Shown: positions 45,582-55,075 of the stretch, piece after piece
Layout of the letters: every line of letters begins with the position of its first letter
Numbering within the stretch: the stretch's first letter is position 1
Notes under the pieces: generated by a model
What the model was told of the DNA's origin: nothing
Database searches by the model: none
What the model saw: the letters and a program-made list of their open reading frames with translations, nothing else
Assembly: GCA_023406225.1 (NCBI GenBank)
Contig: JAEXWS010000033.1
Coordinates: 1 to 62,367 of the forward strand
Source: Bacillota bacterium
GTDB lineage: Bacteria; Bacillota; Clostridia; Oscillospirales; Oscillospiraceae
DNA length: 62,367 nucleotides
Direction of reading: 5' to 3'
Made by a program: the position numbers and the translations under genes

Positions 45582-46598
45582 ATGAAACAAAACAGACGAA
45601 TGGCGCTGGCGGCGGCGCTGGCGCTTGCCCTGCTGCTCTCGGCCTGCGGAAATGCCGGCGGGCAGCCGGAACCGGAGGCGCCCGCCGTCCGGAAGATCAC
45701 GGCGGAAGAGGGCAAGGACCTGATGGACGCGGGGGGCGTGGCGGTGGTGGACGTGCGCCGGGCCGACGAATACGAGGCCGGACACATTCCGGGAGCCGTC
45801 AACCTCCCCAATGAGGACATCGGGGACGCTATGCCGGAGGCGCTGCCGGACCTGGACGCGGCGGTGATCGTCTACTGCCGGACCGGCGTGCGGAGCGCGG
45901 ACGCGGCAAAGAAGCTGGCGGCCATGGGATATACCGATGTGGCGGATATGGGCGGCATCGTGGATTGGCCCTATGACACCGTCACCGGCGGCGAACCGGG
46001 GATCTACGGCCAGTCCGTCCCCACGGAGGAACCGGCCATGGCGGAGGAACCGTCCATGACGGAGGGACCGGCGGAGGAGCCCCAGGCCCCGGCGGAGGAG
46101 CCGCCTGCCGCGGAGGAGCCGCCCCAGGCCGGAGAGGAGCCGGGCATCCTCACGGCCTTCACCGCCACGGACCTGGAGGGCGGCGCGGTGGATGAGTCCC
46201 TTCTGGCGGACTATGAGCTGACCATGGTGAACGTGTGGGCCACCTTCTGCGGGCCCTGCCTGCGGGAGATGCCGGACCTGGGGGAGCTTGCGGCGGAGTA
46301 CAAGGACAAGGGCGTGCAGATCGTGGGCATTGTGTCCGACGCGCTGGCCTCCGATGGCACCATCAGCCAGGACCAGGTGGACCTGGCGAGGGACATCGTG
46401 GACCGGACCGGGGCGGACTATCCCCACATCCTGCCGTCCGAGGACCTGTTCGGCATCCTCGCCCAGATCCAGTTCGTGCCCACCACCTTCTTTGTGGACA
46501 GCACGGGCCATCAGGTGGGCAGCGCGGTGGTGAAGTCCATGGGGAAGGATGAATGGGAGAAAGTGATCGACAAAATGCTGGAGGAGGTGGCGCGGTGA
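45582..46598 (+). CDS. Lipoprotein fusing a rhodanese domain, a Pro/Glu linker and a TlpA-like thioredoxin
   Basis: Lipobox LSAC; rhodanese motifs VDVRR.DEY..GHIPGA and YCRTGVRS; thioredoxin motifs NVWATFCGPC..EMP.L and PTTFFVD. Confidence 0.85.
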   Translation: MKQNRRMALAAALALALLLSACGNAGGQPEPEAPAVRKITAEEGKDLMDAGGVAVVDVRRADEYEAGHIPGAVNLPNEDIGDAMPEALPDLDAAVIVYCRTGVRSADAAKKLAAMGYTDVADMGGIVDWPYDTVTGGEPGIYGQSVPTEEPAMAEEPSMTEGPAEEPQAPAEEPPAAEEPPQAGEEPGILTAFTATDLEGGAVDESLLADYELTMVNVWATFCGPCLREMPDLGELAAEYKDKGVQIVGIVSDALASDGTISQDQVDLARDIVDRTGADYPHILPSEDLFGILAQIQFVPTTFFVDSTGHQVGSAVVKSMGKDEWEKVIDKMLEEVAR

Positions 46599-46741
46599 GC
46601 GTTTTGCGGCGGAACCGGGCGGCGGTGCTGTTTGTGGCGCTGGCTCTGGCGTTCCTGGCCATTGGCGTGTGGCGGGGCGAGGCGGAGGTGGTGCTGCGCA
46701 AGGCGGTGAACATCTGCATGGAGTGTATCGGCCTTGGGTAA
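46595..46741 (+). CDS. CD1871A-like small CXXC membrane peptide
   Basis: 48 aa with one TM segment and the ending RGE...VL.KAVNICMECIGLG. Confidence 0.8.
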   Translation: MSVLRRNRAAVLFVALALAFLAIGVWRGEAEVVLRKAVNICMECIGLG

Positions 46742-47621
46742 ACGGCTGGCCGCGGCCCGGCGGCATGTGCGCGCCTGGGTCCAGATCGGCTTCACCGCCC
46801 TGACGAACGGTTACGCCGCCGGCTTCGTCAAGGGCGAGATCTACCGGGGCCCCACCAAGGCCTTTTGCGTGCCCGGGCTGAACTGCTACTCCTGTCCCGG
46901 CGCGCTGGGAAGCTGCCCCATCGGCGCCCTTCAGGCGGTGCTGGGCAGCCGGGATTACCGGTTTGCCTTTTATGTGGTGGGTTTTTTGATGTTTTTCGGC
47001 GCGCTGCTGGGCCGCTTCGTCTGCGGCTGGCTGTGCCCCTTCGGTCTGGTGCAGGACCTTTTGCATAAGATCCCCTTTGTGAAAAAGCTCCGAAAGCTGC
47101 CGGGAGACCGGTGGCTGAAATATTTGAAGTATGTCATCCTGGCGGGCTTCGTCATCGTCCTGCCCCTGACGGTGCTGGACGTGGTGGGCCAGGGCCAGCC
47201 CTGGTTCTGCAAATATATCTGCCCCTCCGGCACCCTGCTGGCGGGGATCCCCCTGGTGGGGACCAACCCGGCGCTCCAGGGGGCCTTGGGGTGGCTCTTC
47301 ACCTGGAAAGCGGCGGTCCTGGCGGTGCTGGTGCTGCTCTCCGTGGCGGTGTACCGGCCCTTCTGCCGCTATCTCTGCCCCCTGGGGGCGGTATACGGGC
47401 TGTTCAACCCCATCGCCTTCCACCGCTTCCAGATCGACGCGGAAAAGTGCACCCGGTGCGGGAAGTGCCAAAAGGCGTGCAAGCTGGACATCCCGGTTTA
47501 CAAAACGCCCAACAGTCCGGAATGCATCCGCTGCGGCGACTGCCGGCGGGCCTGCCCCCACGGGGCGGTGTGCACGGCCCATCAAATGCAAAAGCGGGAA
47601 AAGGAGGCGTCTGGGGCATGA
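46734..47621 (+). CDS. Membrane 4Fe-4S-binding protein (NapH/MauN/FixG-like)
   Basis: Motifs CYSCP..CP, CGWLCP and CRYLCP, plus two CxxCxxCxxxC clusters and TM segments. Confidence 0.88.
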   Translation: MGKRLAAARRHVRAWVQIGFTALTNGYAAGFVKGEIYRGPTKAFCVPGLNCYSCPGALGSCPIGALQAVLGSRDYRFAFYVVGFLMFFGALLGRFVCGWLCPFGLVQDLLHKIPFVKKLRKLPGDRWLKYLKYVILAGFVIVLPLTVLDVVGQGQPWFCKYICPSGTLLAGIPLVGTNPALQGALGWLFTWKAAVLAVLVLLSVAVYRPFCRYLCPLGAVYGLFNPIAFHRFQIDAEKCTRCGKCQKACKLDIPVYKTPNSPECIRCGDCRRACPHGAVCTAHQMQKREKEASGA

Positions 47622-48058
47622 CGGGAGCGTTTTCCCTGGCGGTCCACGCGCTGGTCTACCTAGACCACAAAAAGACCAGCCTCTCCAGCGAGGCGCTGGC
47701 GGAGAATATCTGCACGAACCCCGCCCGGGTGCGCAAGGTCATGGCCCAGCTCAAGCGGGCGGGCATGATCTCCACCAAGGAGGGCTTCGAGGGGGGCTAC
47801 ACGTTCTCCGGCGACCCGGAGAAGCTGACGCTGGCGGAGGTTGCCCGGGCGGTGGACGCCCGGTTTGTGGAGAGCGCCTGGCGCTCCGGCGGCGAGGACA
47901 TGGAGTGCCTGGTGGCCTCCGGCATGGCGCGGATCATGGACGGCATCTATGCGGAGCTGGACGAACAGTGCCTGGCGCGGCTGGACGGCGTCACCATTGG
48001 AGATATCGGCCGGGAGATTTTCGGCGGGCGGACGCCCGGAAAGGAAAAACGAGCATGA
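47618..48058 (+). CDS. Rrf2-family regulator (HypR/YwnA-like)
   Basis: Motifs FSLAVHAL, SSE.LAENICTNPARVRK, EG..GGY and a second Cys in ECLV. Confidence 0.88.
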   Translation: MTGAFSLAVHALVYLDHKKTSLSSEALAENICTNPARVRKVMAQLKRAGMISTKEGFEGGYTFSGDPEKLTLAEVARAVDARFVESAWRSGGEDMECLVASGMARIMDGIYAELDEQCLARLDGVTIGDIGREIFGGRTPGKEKRA

Positions 48059-49422
48059 GAGAGCTTCATTACGACGCGGTGGTTATCGGCTTCGGCAAGG
48101 GCGGCAAGACCCTGGCGGGGAAGCTGGCGGAGAGCGGCAGGACCGTCGCGCTGGCGGAGATGGACGCGGGCATGTACGGCGGCACCTGCATCAACGTGGG
48201 GTGCATCCCCTCCAAGTCCCTTATCGCCAGCGCATCCCGGGTGGACCCCGCCGCGTCCGGAGCGGAGAAGGGCGCGGCCTTCCGCGCGGCGGTGGCGGAG
48301 AAGCGGCGGCTGACCGCCATGCTGCGGCAGAAGAACTTCGATAAGCTGGACCAGCTTGCAAACGTGGACATTTACACTGGGAAGGCCCGGTTTGCCGGTC
48401 CGCTCCGGGTGGAGGCGGCCCTGGAGGGGGAGACGGTCCTGCTGAACGCAAAGCAGGTCTTTCTCAACACCGGCTCCACCCCCCGCCTCCCGCCCATCAA
48501 GGGCCTGGGGGACACGCCGGGCGTTTACACCAGCCGGGAGCTGATGGACCTGGACGAGCGGCCGGGACGGCTGGTGGTCCTGGGCGGCGGCTATATCGGG
48601 CTGGAATTTGCCTCCATGTTCGCCGCCTTCGGCACCGCCGTCACCGTTTTGCAGGACAGCGGGGTGTTTCTGCCCAAGGAGGACGAAGACGTGGCCGCCG
48701 AGATCAAAAAGCTGCTGGAGGCCCAGGGGGTGGATATCCGCCTGAACGCCGGGACCCGCCGGGTGGAGCCCGGCCCGTCGGGCCCGGTGCTCACCGTGGA
48801 GCGGGAAGGCCGGGAGGAGCGGCTGGAGGCCGACGCCGTGCTGGTGGCCACCGGCCGGACGCCCAATACCGCCGGATTGAACTGTCCGGCGGCGGGCGTG
48901 GAGCTGACGCCCCGGGGCGCGGTGAAGGTGGACGCCCTGCTCCGCACCACCGCCCCCAACGTCTGGGCCATGGGCGACGTGGCCGGGGGCTTGCAGCACA
49001 CCTACGTCTCCCTGGACGATTCCCGCATCGTGTGGGCCCAGCTCTCCGGCGGCGGGACGCGCACCGCCGCTGAGCGGAAGAACGTGCCCTACAGCGTGTT
49101 TCTGCGCACGCCATACTCCCGCGTCGGCATGAACGAGCGGGAGGCCCGGGCGGCGGGGCGGAACGTGCGGGTCGTCCGAATGCCCGCCGCCGCCGTGCCC
49201 AAGGCCCAGGTGTTGAAAGCCTCGGCCGGTTTTTTGAAGGCGGTCCTGGACGCGGACAGCGGGGAGATCCTGGGGGCGATGCTGCTGTGCGAGGAGTCCT
49301 ATGAGACGATCAACGTGGTGAAGCTGGCCATGGACCTGGGCGCGGACTACACGGTCCTGCGGGACCAGATATTTACCCATCCCACCATGACCGAGGCGCT
49401 GAACGATCTGTTCGCGGGATGA
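48055..49422 (+). CDS. Flavin disulfide reductase, RclA/Har/staphylococcal MerA-like
   Basis: Motifs IGFGKGGKTLA, YGGTCINVGCIPSK, GGGYIGLEFA, TYVSLDD.RI and IFTHPTMTEALNDL. No C-terminal CC pair. Confidence 0.85.
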   Translation: MRELHYDAVVIGFGKGGKTLAGKLAESGRTVALAEMDAGMYGGTCINVGCIPSKSLIASASRVDPAASGAEKGAAFRAAVAEKRRLTAMLRQKNFDKLDQLANVDIYTGKARFAGPLRVEAALEGETVLLNAKQVFLNTGSTPRLPPIKGLGDTPGVYTSRELMDLDERPGRLVVLGGGYIGLEFASMFAAFGTAVTVLQDSGVFLPKEDEDVAAEIKKLLEAQGVDIRLNAGTRRVEPGPSGPVLTVEREGREERLEADAVLVATGRTPNTAGLNCPAAGVELTPRGAVKVDALLRTTAPNVWAMGDVAGGLQHTYVSLDDSRIVWAQLSGGGTRTAAERKNVPYSVFLRTPYSRVGMNEREARAAGRNVRVVRMPAAAVPKAQVLKASAGFLKAVLDADSGEILGAMLLCEESYETINVVKLAMDLGADYTVLRDQIFTHPTMTEALNDLFAG

Positions 49423-49426
49423 CGGG

Positions 49427-49464
49427 AAACAGGACCGGCCCCCTGGCGGGGCCGGTCCTGTTTC
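49427..49464. terminator. Bidirectional terminator
   Basis: GAAACAGGACCGGCCCC...GGGGCCGGTCCTGTTTC between convergent genes. Confidence 0.7.
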
Positions 49465-49512
49465 GTGCGGCCGTTCGGAGCCGGGCGGCGCGGGGGAACG
49501 CGGGTCCCCGCT

Positions 49513-50208
49513 TTACCAGCGGTCGGGCCAGCACACCCCGTCCCCGTCCTCCCGGAAGGGCTCCGGATCCACGCCCGCCATCTCCCGGCGGACGGCCTCC
49601 GCCACGTCCGGCACGGTGGTTGGACCGTAATCCGCGAAGGCGGCGCTGCTCAGCAGCACCGCGCCCACCCGCTCCATGTCCGCCAGGTTCGCCCGCTGGA
49701 TCTCCTCCGTCTGGGAGGAGCAGCAGTCCGTGAGGACCACGGTGTTATACTCCAGGGCGATGGCGTCGTAGCCGGTGGTGCGGATGCAGTTGGGGGTGGT
49801 GGTCCCCGCCAGGATGACCGTGCGCACGTCCAGCCGCCGGAGGATGAGGTCCAGCTCCGTCTGGAAAAAAGCGCTCCACCGGGGCTTCCAGATCGTATAG
49901 TCCCCGGGCTTGGGGCGCAGGGCCCGGGGCGCCTGGGCGCTGTTGGGGCCCGTGGAGGCGGGCATGCAGGCCCGTCCCCCCGCCTTCCAGGGCGCGTAGC
50001 GGGTCAACTCCACGTCGCTGCCGTCGGCGCGGTAGATGCGCTTGACGAAAAACACGGGGATGCCCTTGGCCCGGGCCAGGTCCAGCGCCCTGGCGCAGGC
50101 GGGGACCGTCGCCTGGGCGCCCTGGATGCAGTGGCCGCCCCGGGGGTCCACGAAGCCGTTTTCCATGTCGATCAGCAGCAGCGCCGACCGGGTGGGATTG
50201 GATGTCAT
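49513..50208 (-). CDS. Isochorismatase-family cysteine hydrolase
   Basis: Motifs LLLIDMENGF, KPRWSAFFQTELD and AGTTTPNCIRTT (D-K-C triad). Confidence 0.88.
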   Translation of the reverse strand: MTSNPTRSALLLIDMENGFVDPRGGHCIQGAQATVPACARALDLARAKGIPVFFVKRIYRADGSDVELTRYAPWKAGGRACMPASTGPNSAQAPRALRPKPGDYTIWKPRWSAFFQTELDLILRRLDVRTVILAGTTTPNCIRTTGYDAIALEYNTVVLTDCCSSQTEEIQRANLADMERVGAVLLSSAAFADYGPTTVPDVAEAVRREMAGVDPEPFREDGDGVCWPDRW

Positions 50209-50353
50209 AGAAGAAGCCCTCCTTTTCTTGTCCCCTTTAGAGTACCACGCGGAGCCCCGTTCGTCCAGGGGGGGCGTCCGGTCCCCGCGGGTTGACTTTT
50301 TTTCGCCGCAATGCTACCCTCAATATAAAACGCGCCGAAGGGAGGAACGCCGG

Positions 50354-51028
50354 ATGTACCGCATTTTCATCGTGGAGGACGACGCCGCCATCTCCGGCGT
50401 GATGCAGCGCCATCTGGAGAGCTGGGGCGACGCTGTCCGCTGCTGCGAACGCTTTGACCGGGTGCTGGAGGAATTTGCCGCCTTTGACCCCCATGTGGTG
50501 CTGCTGGACGTCTCCCTGCCTTTTTTCAACGGCTATCACTGGTGCCGGGAGATCCGAAAGGTCTCCAAGGTCCCCATTTTGTTCATCACCTCCGCGTCGG
50601 ACGATGTGAACGTGGTGATGGCCATGCAGATGGGCGGAGACGACCTGCTGGCCAAGCCCTTCGATCTCCAGGTCCTCTCCGCCAAGGTCCAGGCCATGCT
50701 GCGCAGGGCCTATGACTTCGGCCCGTCCGCCCGGCTGCTCTCCTGGGGACGGGCGGTGATGGACCTTTCCGCGGGGACCCTCTTTGTGGACGGCGGGCGG
50801 GTGGACCTGACCCGCAACGAGTTCCGTATCCTGCAGATGCTGCTGGAGCACAAGGGCGAGGTGGTCAGCCGGGAGGCCATCATGACCCGGCTGTGGGAGT
50901 CGGACAGCTTCGTGGATGAGAACACCCTCTCCGTGAACGTGGCCCGGCTGCGGAAAAAGCTGGACGCCGCCGGACTGCCGGACGCCGTCCGCACGAAAAA
51001 GGGCGCGGGCTACTGGATGGAGGGATAG
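50354..51028 (+). CDS. OmpR-family response regulator (BceR/GraR-like)
   Basis: Motifs IVEDD, LLDVSLPFFNGYHWC, AMQMGGDD and DENTLSVNVARLRKKL. Confidence 0.92.
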   Translation: MYRIFIVEDDAAISGVMQRHLESWGDAVRCCERFDRVLEEFAAFDPHVVLLDVSLPFFNGYHWCREIRKVSKVPILFITSASDDVNVVMAMQMGGDDLLAKPFDLQVLSAKVQAMLRRAYDFGPSARLLSWGRAVMDLSAGTLFVDGGRVDLTRNEFRILQMLLEHKGEVVSREAIMTRLWESDSFVDENTLSVNVARLRKKLDAAGLPDAVRTKKGAGYWMEG

Positions 51029-51031
51029 GGG

Positions 51032-52012
51032 ATGCTGCTGGCCTATTTGAAGCGGCAGTACAAGCTGCTGCTGCTTTTGGCGGGGGCGGTGTGCGTATTC
51101 GCCGCGGTGTTCTCCCTGTACGCGCTGCCGGTGGAGGCGGTGGCCTACGCCGGGGCGCTTTGTCTGGCGCTGGGGGCGATCCTCTTCGCCGTGGGCTACG
51201 TGCGCTTTGTCCGGCGGCACCGGACGCTTTGCGGCCTGCTGCGCCGGGCGGGGGAGACGGTGCTCCCCCTGCCTCCGGCCTCCGGGCTTCTGGAGGAGGA
51301 CTACCAGGCCCTGCTGGGGGCCGTGTGCGCGGACCGGGCCCGCCTGGCGGCGGAGAACGGCCGCCGCCTTCAGGACATGACGGATTACTACACCCTCTGG
51401 GCCCATCAGATCAAAACTCCCATCGCCGCCGCGGGGCTGCTGCTTCAGGAGGAGACGCCCCGGACGGCGGAGGTGGAGGCGGAGCTTCTCAAGATCGAAC
51501 AGTATGTGGAGATGGTGCTCTCCTATTTGCGGCTGGACAGCCCCGCCACGGACTATCTGCTGCGGGCCTGCGGGCTGGACGGCGTCGTGCGCCAGGCCGT
51601 GCGGAAGTACGCCAGGCTCTTTATCCTGAAAAAGATCGCCCTGGATTTCCGCGAGACGGGAAAGACCGTGCTGACGGACGAAAAGTGGCTGCTGTTCGTG
51701 GTGGAACAGGTGCTTTCCAACGCGCTGAAGTACACCCCCGCCGGGGGAAGCATCCGCATCTACGGCGACGGGGACACCCTGGCCGTGGCGGACAGCGGCA
51801 TCGGCATCCGGGAGGAGGACCTGCCCCGGGTGTTCGAGCAGGGCTTCACCGGATACAACGGCCGGGAGGACAAGAAATCCACCGGCATCGGGCTGTACCT
51901 GTGCCGCCGGGTGATGGAGCGGCTGAACCACGGCATCTCCATCACGTCCCGGCCCGGGCAGGGGACCATCGTGCGGCTGGACCTGGGGCGTGAGGAGACG
52001 GTGATGGAGTAG
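51032..52012 (+). CDS. Intramembrane-sensing histidine kinase (BceS/GraS-like)
   Basis: Two adjacent TM segments, WAHQIKTPI, EQVLSNALKY and STGIGLYL. Confidence 0.9.
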   Translation: MLLAYLKRQYKLLLLLAGAVCVFAAVFSLYALPVEAVAYAGALCLALGAILFAVGYVRFVRRHRTLCGLLRRAGETVLPLPPASGLLEEDYQALLGAVCADRARLAAENGRRLQDMTDYYTLWAHQIKTPIAAAGLLLQEETPRTAEVEAELLKIEQYVEMVLSYLRLDSPATDYLLRACGLDGVVRQAVRKYARLFILKKIALDFRETGKTVLTDEKWLLFVVEQVLSNALKYTPAGGSIRIYGDGDTLAVADSGIGIREEDLPRVFEQGFTGYNGREDKKSTGIGLYLCRRVMERLNHGISITSRPGQGTIVRLDLGREETVME

Positions 52013-52013
52013 C

Positions 52014-52049
52014 CTTACGGAATCGTAAGAAACAAAGCCGGACTGTAAG
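52014..52049 (+). promoter_or_regulatory. BceR-type binding site, main plus partial secondary
   Basis: CTTACG-GAAT-CGTAAG palindrome and a downstream TGTAAG half-site. TACAAT -10 at 52083. Confidence 0.65.
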
Positions 52050-52117
52050 CCAAAACGATGGCGGACGGTCCGGCTTTTCGGGTACAATGGTCCCATGAAG
52101 GAACGGGAGGAACCGAT

Positions 52118-52885
52118 ATGCCGATTTTGGAAGTGCAGCATCTGCAAAAAATTTACACCACCCGCTTCGGCGGCAACCAGGTGGAGGCTCTGCAAAACGT
52201 CAATTTCTCCGTGGAGCCGGGAGAGTACGTGGCCATCATGGGGGAGTCCGGCTCCGGCAAGACCACCCTGCTCAACATTCTGGCGGCCCTGGACCGCCCC
52301 ACGGCGGGGGAGGTTTTGCTGAACGGCAAGGCCCTGTCCGATATCCGGGAGCGGGATTTAGCGGCCTTCCGCCGGTCCCACCTGGGGTTCGTGTTTCAGG
52401 ACTTCAACCTGCTGGACACCTTCTCCATCCAGGACAACATCTTTTTGCCCCTGGTGCTGGCGGGGGTGGACTTCCGGGAGATGCGCAGGCGGCTGGAGCC
52501 CATCGCGAAGCAGCTTGGCATCGGGGACATTTTATCCAAGTACCCCTACGAGGTCTCAGGCGGGCAAAAGCAGCGGACGGCGGTGGCCCGGGCCCTCATC
52601 ACCGGCCCCCAGATCGTGCTGGCCGACGAGCCGACGGGGGCGCTGGACTCCCGGGCGTCCGACCACCTGCTGGACCTCTTCGGGGAGATCAACGCCGCGG
52701 GGCAGACGGTGCTGATGGTGACCCACTCCGTGAAGGCGGCCAGCCACGCGGGACGGGTGCTGTTTCTGCGGGACGGCCAGGTGTACCACCAGCTCTACCG
52801 GGGCGGCGAGAGCCTGGAGAGCCAGTTCCGCCGCATCTCCGACACGCTGACGGTGCTGGCGGGAGGCGGTGAGTCCCATGCGTAA
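52118..52885 (+). CDS. ABC ATP-binding protein (BceA-like)
   Basis: Motifs GESGSGKT, FQDFNLLD, VSGGQKQR and LADEPTGALD. Confidence 0.92.
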   Translation: MPILEVQHLQKIYTTRFGGNQVEALQNVNFSVEPGEYVAIMGESGSGKTTLLNILAALDRPTAGEVLLNGKALSDIRERDLAAFRRSHLGFVFQDFNLLDTFSIQDNIFLPLVLAGVDFREMRRRLEPIAKQLGIGDILSKYPYEVSGGQKQRTAVARALITGPQIVLADEPTGALDSRASDHLLDLFGEINAAGQTVLMVTHSVKAASHAGRVLFLRDGQVYHQLYRGGESLESQFRRISDTLTVLAGGGESHA

Positions 52886-54818
52886 GACCGGCTTTTTTCC
52901 CCGGCTGGCCCTCATCAACCTGCTGCGCAACGGCCGGTACTATGGGCCGTACCTGCTCTCCTGCGGCGGCACGGCGGCCATGTTTTACATCCTGCGCTTC
53001 CTGACGTGGAGCGAGGGCATCCGCAGCGTGGGCCGGGGCGCGGCCTATCTGGAGACCATGATGGGCATCGGCTGCTTCGTGGTGGCGCTGTTCGCGGCGG
53101 TGATCCTGCTGTACGCCAACAGCTTCGTTATGAAGCGGCGGCAGCGGGAGCTGGGGCTTTACAACGTGCTGGGCCTGGAAAAGCGCCATATCGCCTGGGT
53201 CATGGTCTGTGAGACGCTGTTTTGCGCGGCCGCCGCCCTGTTGGGCGGCCTGCTGGCGGGGGTCTTGCTCTCCAAGCTCATTTTGCTGCTGCTGCTCAGG
53301 CTGGTGCGTCTGCCGGTGTCCTTCGGCTTTTCGGTGAGCGGCCATGGGCTTTTGGAGACGGCGGCGCTCTTTGGCGTGCTGTTTGGGCTGACGCTCCTGT
53401 GCAACCTGGTCCGCCTGGGCCGGTCCAATCCCATCCAGCTGCTGCGAAGCGGGCAGACCGGAGAGCGGGAGCCCCGGACAAAGCGCCTCCTGGCCCTGCT
53501 GGGCCTCGCGGCCCTGGGCGGGGGATACGCCATCGCCCTCACGGTGCAAGATCCCGTGGAGGCGCTGACGCTGTTTTTCGTGGCGGTGCTGCTGGTGATC
53601 GCGGGCACGTACTGCCTGTTCACCGCCGGTTCCGTGGCCTGGCTGAAGCATCTGCGGAACAAGCCCGCATATTACTATCAAACCCGGCATTTCACCGCCG
53701 TCTCCGGGATGCTGTACCGGATGAAGCAAAACGCCGTGGGCCTTGCCAACATCTGCATCCTGGCGTCCATGGTGCTGGTGACGGTATCCGGCACCGTGTG
53801 TTTGTACCTGGGGGCGGAGGTCTCCCTGGACCGCATGTATCCCAACGACATCCTGGTGACGCAGACGCTGGAGGAGGGGACCGACACGGCGGACACGCTC
53901 CGTCAGGCGCGGGCCGCGGCTGCGGCCACGGGCCGCCGGGTGCGGCTGCTGGAGTATGAAACGGCCGCGTCCTTCCACGCGCGCTACAGCGGAAACACCC
54001 TGCTGACGGATCTGAACGCGGAGGGAACGCTTGTGCGGGTGACGGTGCTGACGGCGGAGGAGTACGGGCGGCTGACCGGGGAGACCGTCTCCCTGGAGGA
54101 GGGGGAGGTGCTGGCCTGCGCCCCGGCCCTCCACCTGCCGGAGACGGTCTACTGGGGCGGGACGGCCATGCAGGTCAAAGACCTGCTGGACGCGTTTCCC
54201 GCCGGGGACTTCGCCATGGTCAGCAATGTGGCCGACGTGGGCCTGGTGGCGGACGGAGCGCTGGCGGAGGCGCTGACGGAGACGGATATAGCCCGCAGGA
54301 CCTTCCGCATCCGCATGGACCTGGACGGGACCGACGCGGAGAAGCTGGACTGCGCGGAGGCGCTGCTGGCGGGGTCCGACGGGGCCTACGGCGTCACCAG
54401 CCGCCAGGATATGGCGGCGGAGTTTTACACCATGTACGGCGGCTTTTTGTTCCTGGGCGTTTTTCTGGGGGTGCTGTTTTTGATGACCACGGTGCTCATC
54501 ATCTACTACAAGCAGATCTCCGAGGGGTACGAGGACCAGCGCCGCTACCGGATCATGCAGCAGGTGGGCATGACGCGGCAGGAGGTCCGGGCCTCCGTCC
54601 GCAGCCAGGTCTTGCTGGTGTTCTTTCTGCCCCTGGGGGCGGCGGGGCTGCACATTCTGGCCGCGTTCCCCATGCTCTCCCACATTCTGGAGCTGTTTGG
54701 GCTGTATAACGTGCCGCTGTTCGCCGCCTGCACGGCGGGGACGCTGCTGGCCTTCTGCGCCGCCTACGCGCTGATCTTCGCCCTGACGGCCCGGACGTAC
54801 GACCGCATCGTGAGCTGA
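52878..54818 (+). CDS. BceB-like FtsX-family permease
   Basis: Motifs YANSF..KRRQRELGLYNVLGL, YRMKQNAVGLANICIL and YYKQISEG; about 10 TM segments with a large loop. Confidence 0.9.
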   Translation: MRKTGFFPRLALINLLRNGRYYGPYLLSCGGTAAMFYILRFLTWSEGIRSVGRGAAYLETMMGIGCFVVALFAAVILLYANSFVMKRRQRELGLYNVLGLEKRHIAWVMVCETLFCAAAALLGGLLAGVLLSKLILLLLLRLVRLPVSFGFSVSGHGLLETAALFGVLFGLTLLCNLVRLGRSNPIQLLRSGQTGEREPRTKRLLALLGLAALGGGYAIALTVQDPVEALTLFFVAVLLVIAGTYCLFTAGSVAWLKHLRNKPAYYYQTRHFTAVSGMLYRMKQNAVGLANICILASMVLVTVSGTVCLYLGAEVSLDRMYPNDILVTQTLEEGTDTADTLRQARAAAAATGRRVRLLEYETAASFHARYSGNTLLTDLNAEGTLVRVTVLTAEEYGRLTGETVSLEEGEVLACAPALHLPETVYWGGTAMQVKDLLDAFPAGDFAMVSNVADVGLVADGALAEALTETDIARRTFRIRMDLDGTDAEKLDCAEALLAGSDGAYGVTSRQDMAAEFYTMYGGFLFLGVFLGVLFLMTTVLIIYYKQISEGYEDQRRYRIMQQVGMTRQEVRASVRSQVLLVFFLPLGAAGLHILAAFPMLSHILELFGLYNVPLFAACTAGTLLAFCAAYALIFALTARTYDRIVS

Positions 54819-54820
54819 AA

Positions 54821-54965
54821 AAGGGCCTGTTGCAAAATAGGAATTTCAAAAAACAAGCTGCGCAAAAAGTGATGGAGAACTTCATTTTTAGAAGTTCTCC
54901 ATCACTTTTTTTAATAGAGCTATCTTTGATTTGGGGCTAAAATCTGCGTTTTGCAACAGGCCCTT
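54821..54965. mobile_element. 145-bp MITE-like element
   Basis: Perfect 17-bp terminal inverted repeats AAGGGCCTGTTGCAAAA / TTTTGCAACAGGCCCTT, an AT-rich interior and an internal 20-bp-arm hairpin (54864-54910). Confidence 0.65.
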
Positions 54966-55075
54966 CAGCTTGTCGAAAAAGCCTCGCAGAGTTCGCGCCC
55001 GGAGGCGCGAAGAAGATCAAATCCATTTTTTCCGACGACATGTGCGCCGGAGAAGGGACGGCCCGCCGCCGGTCC

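Noticed and set aside
45582..47621. Selenoprotein recoding in the redox operon
   Set aside because: All redox motifs use Cys codons, and no in-frame TGA read-through is needed.
48055..49422. Mercuric reductase
   Set aside because: It lacks the C-terminal Cys-Cys pair and the N-terminal metal-binding domain, and there are no merR/T/P genes.
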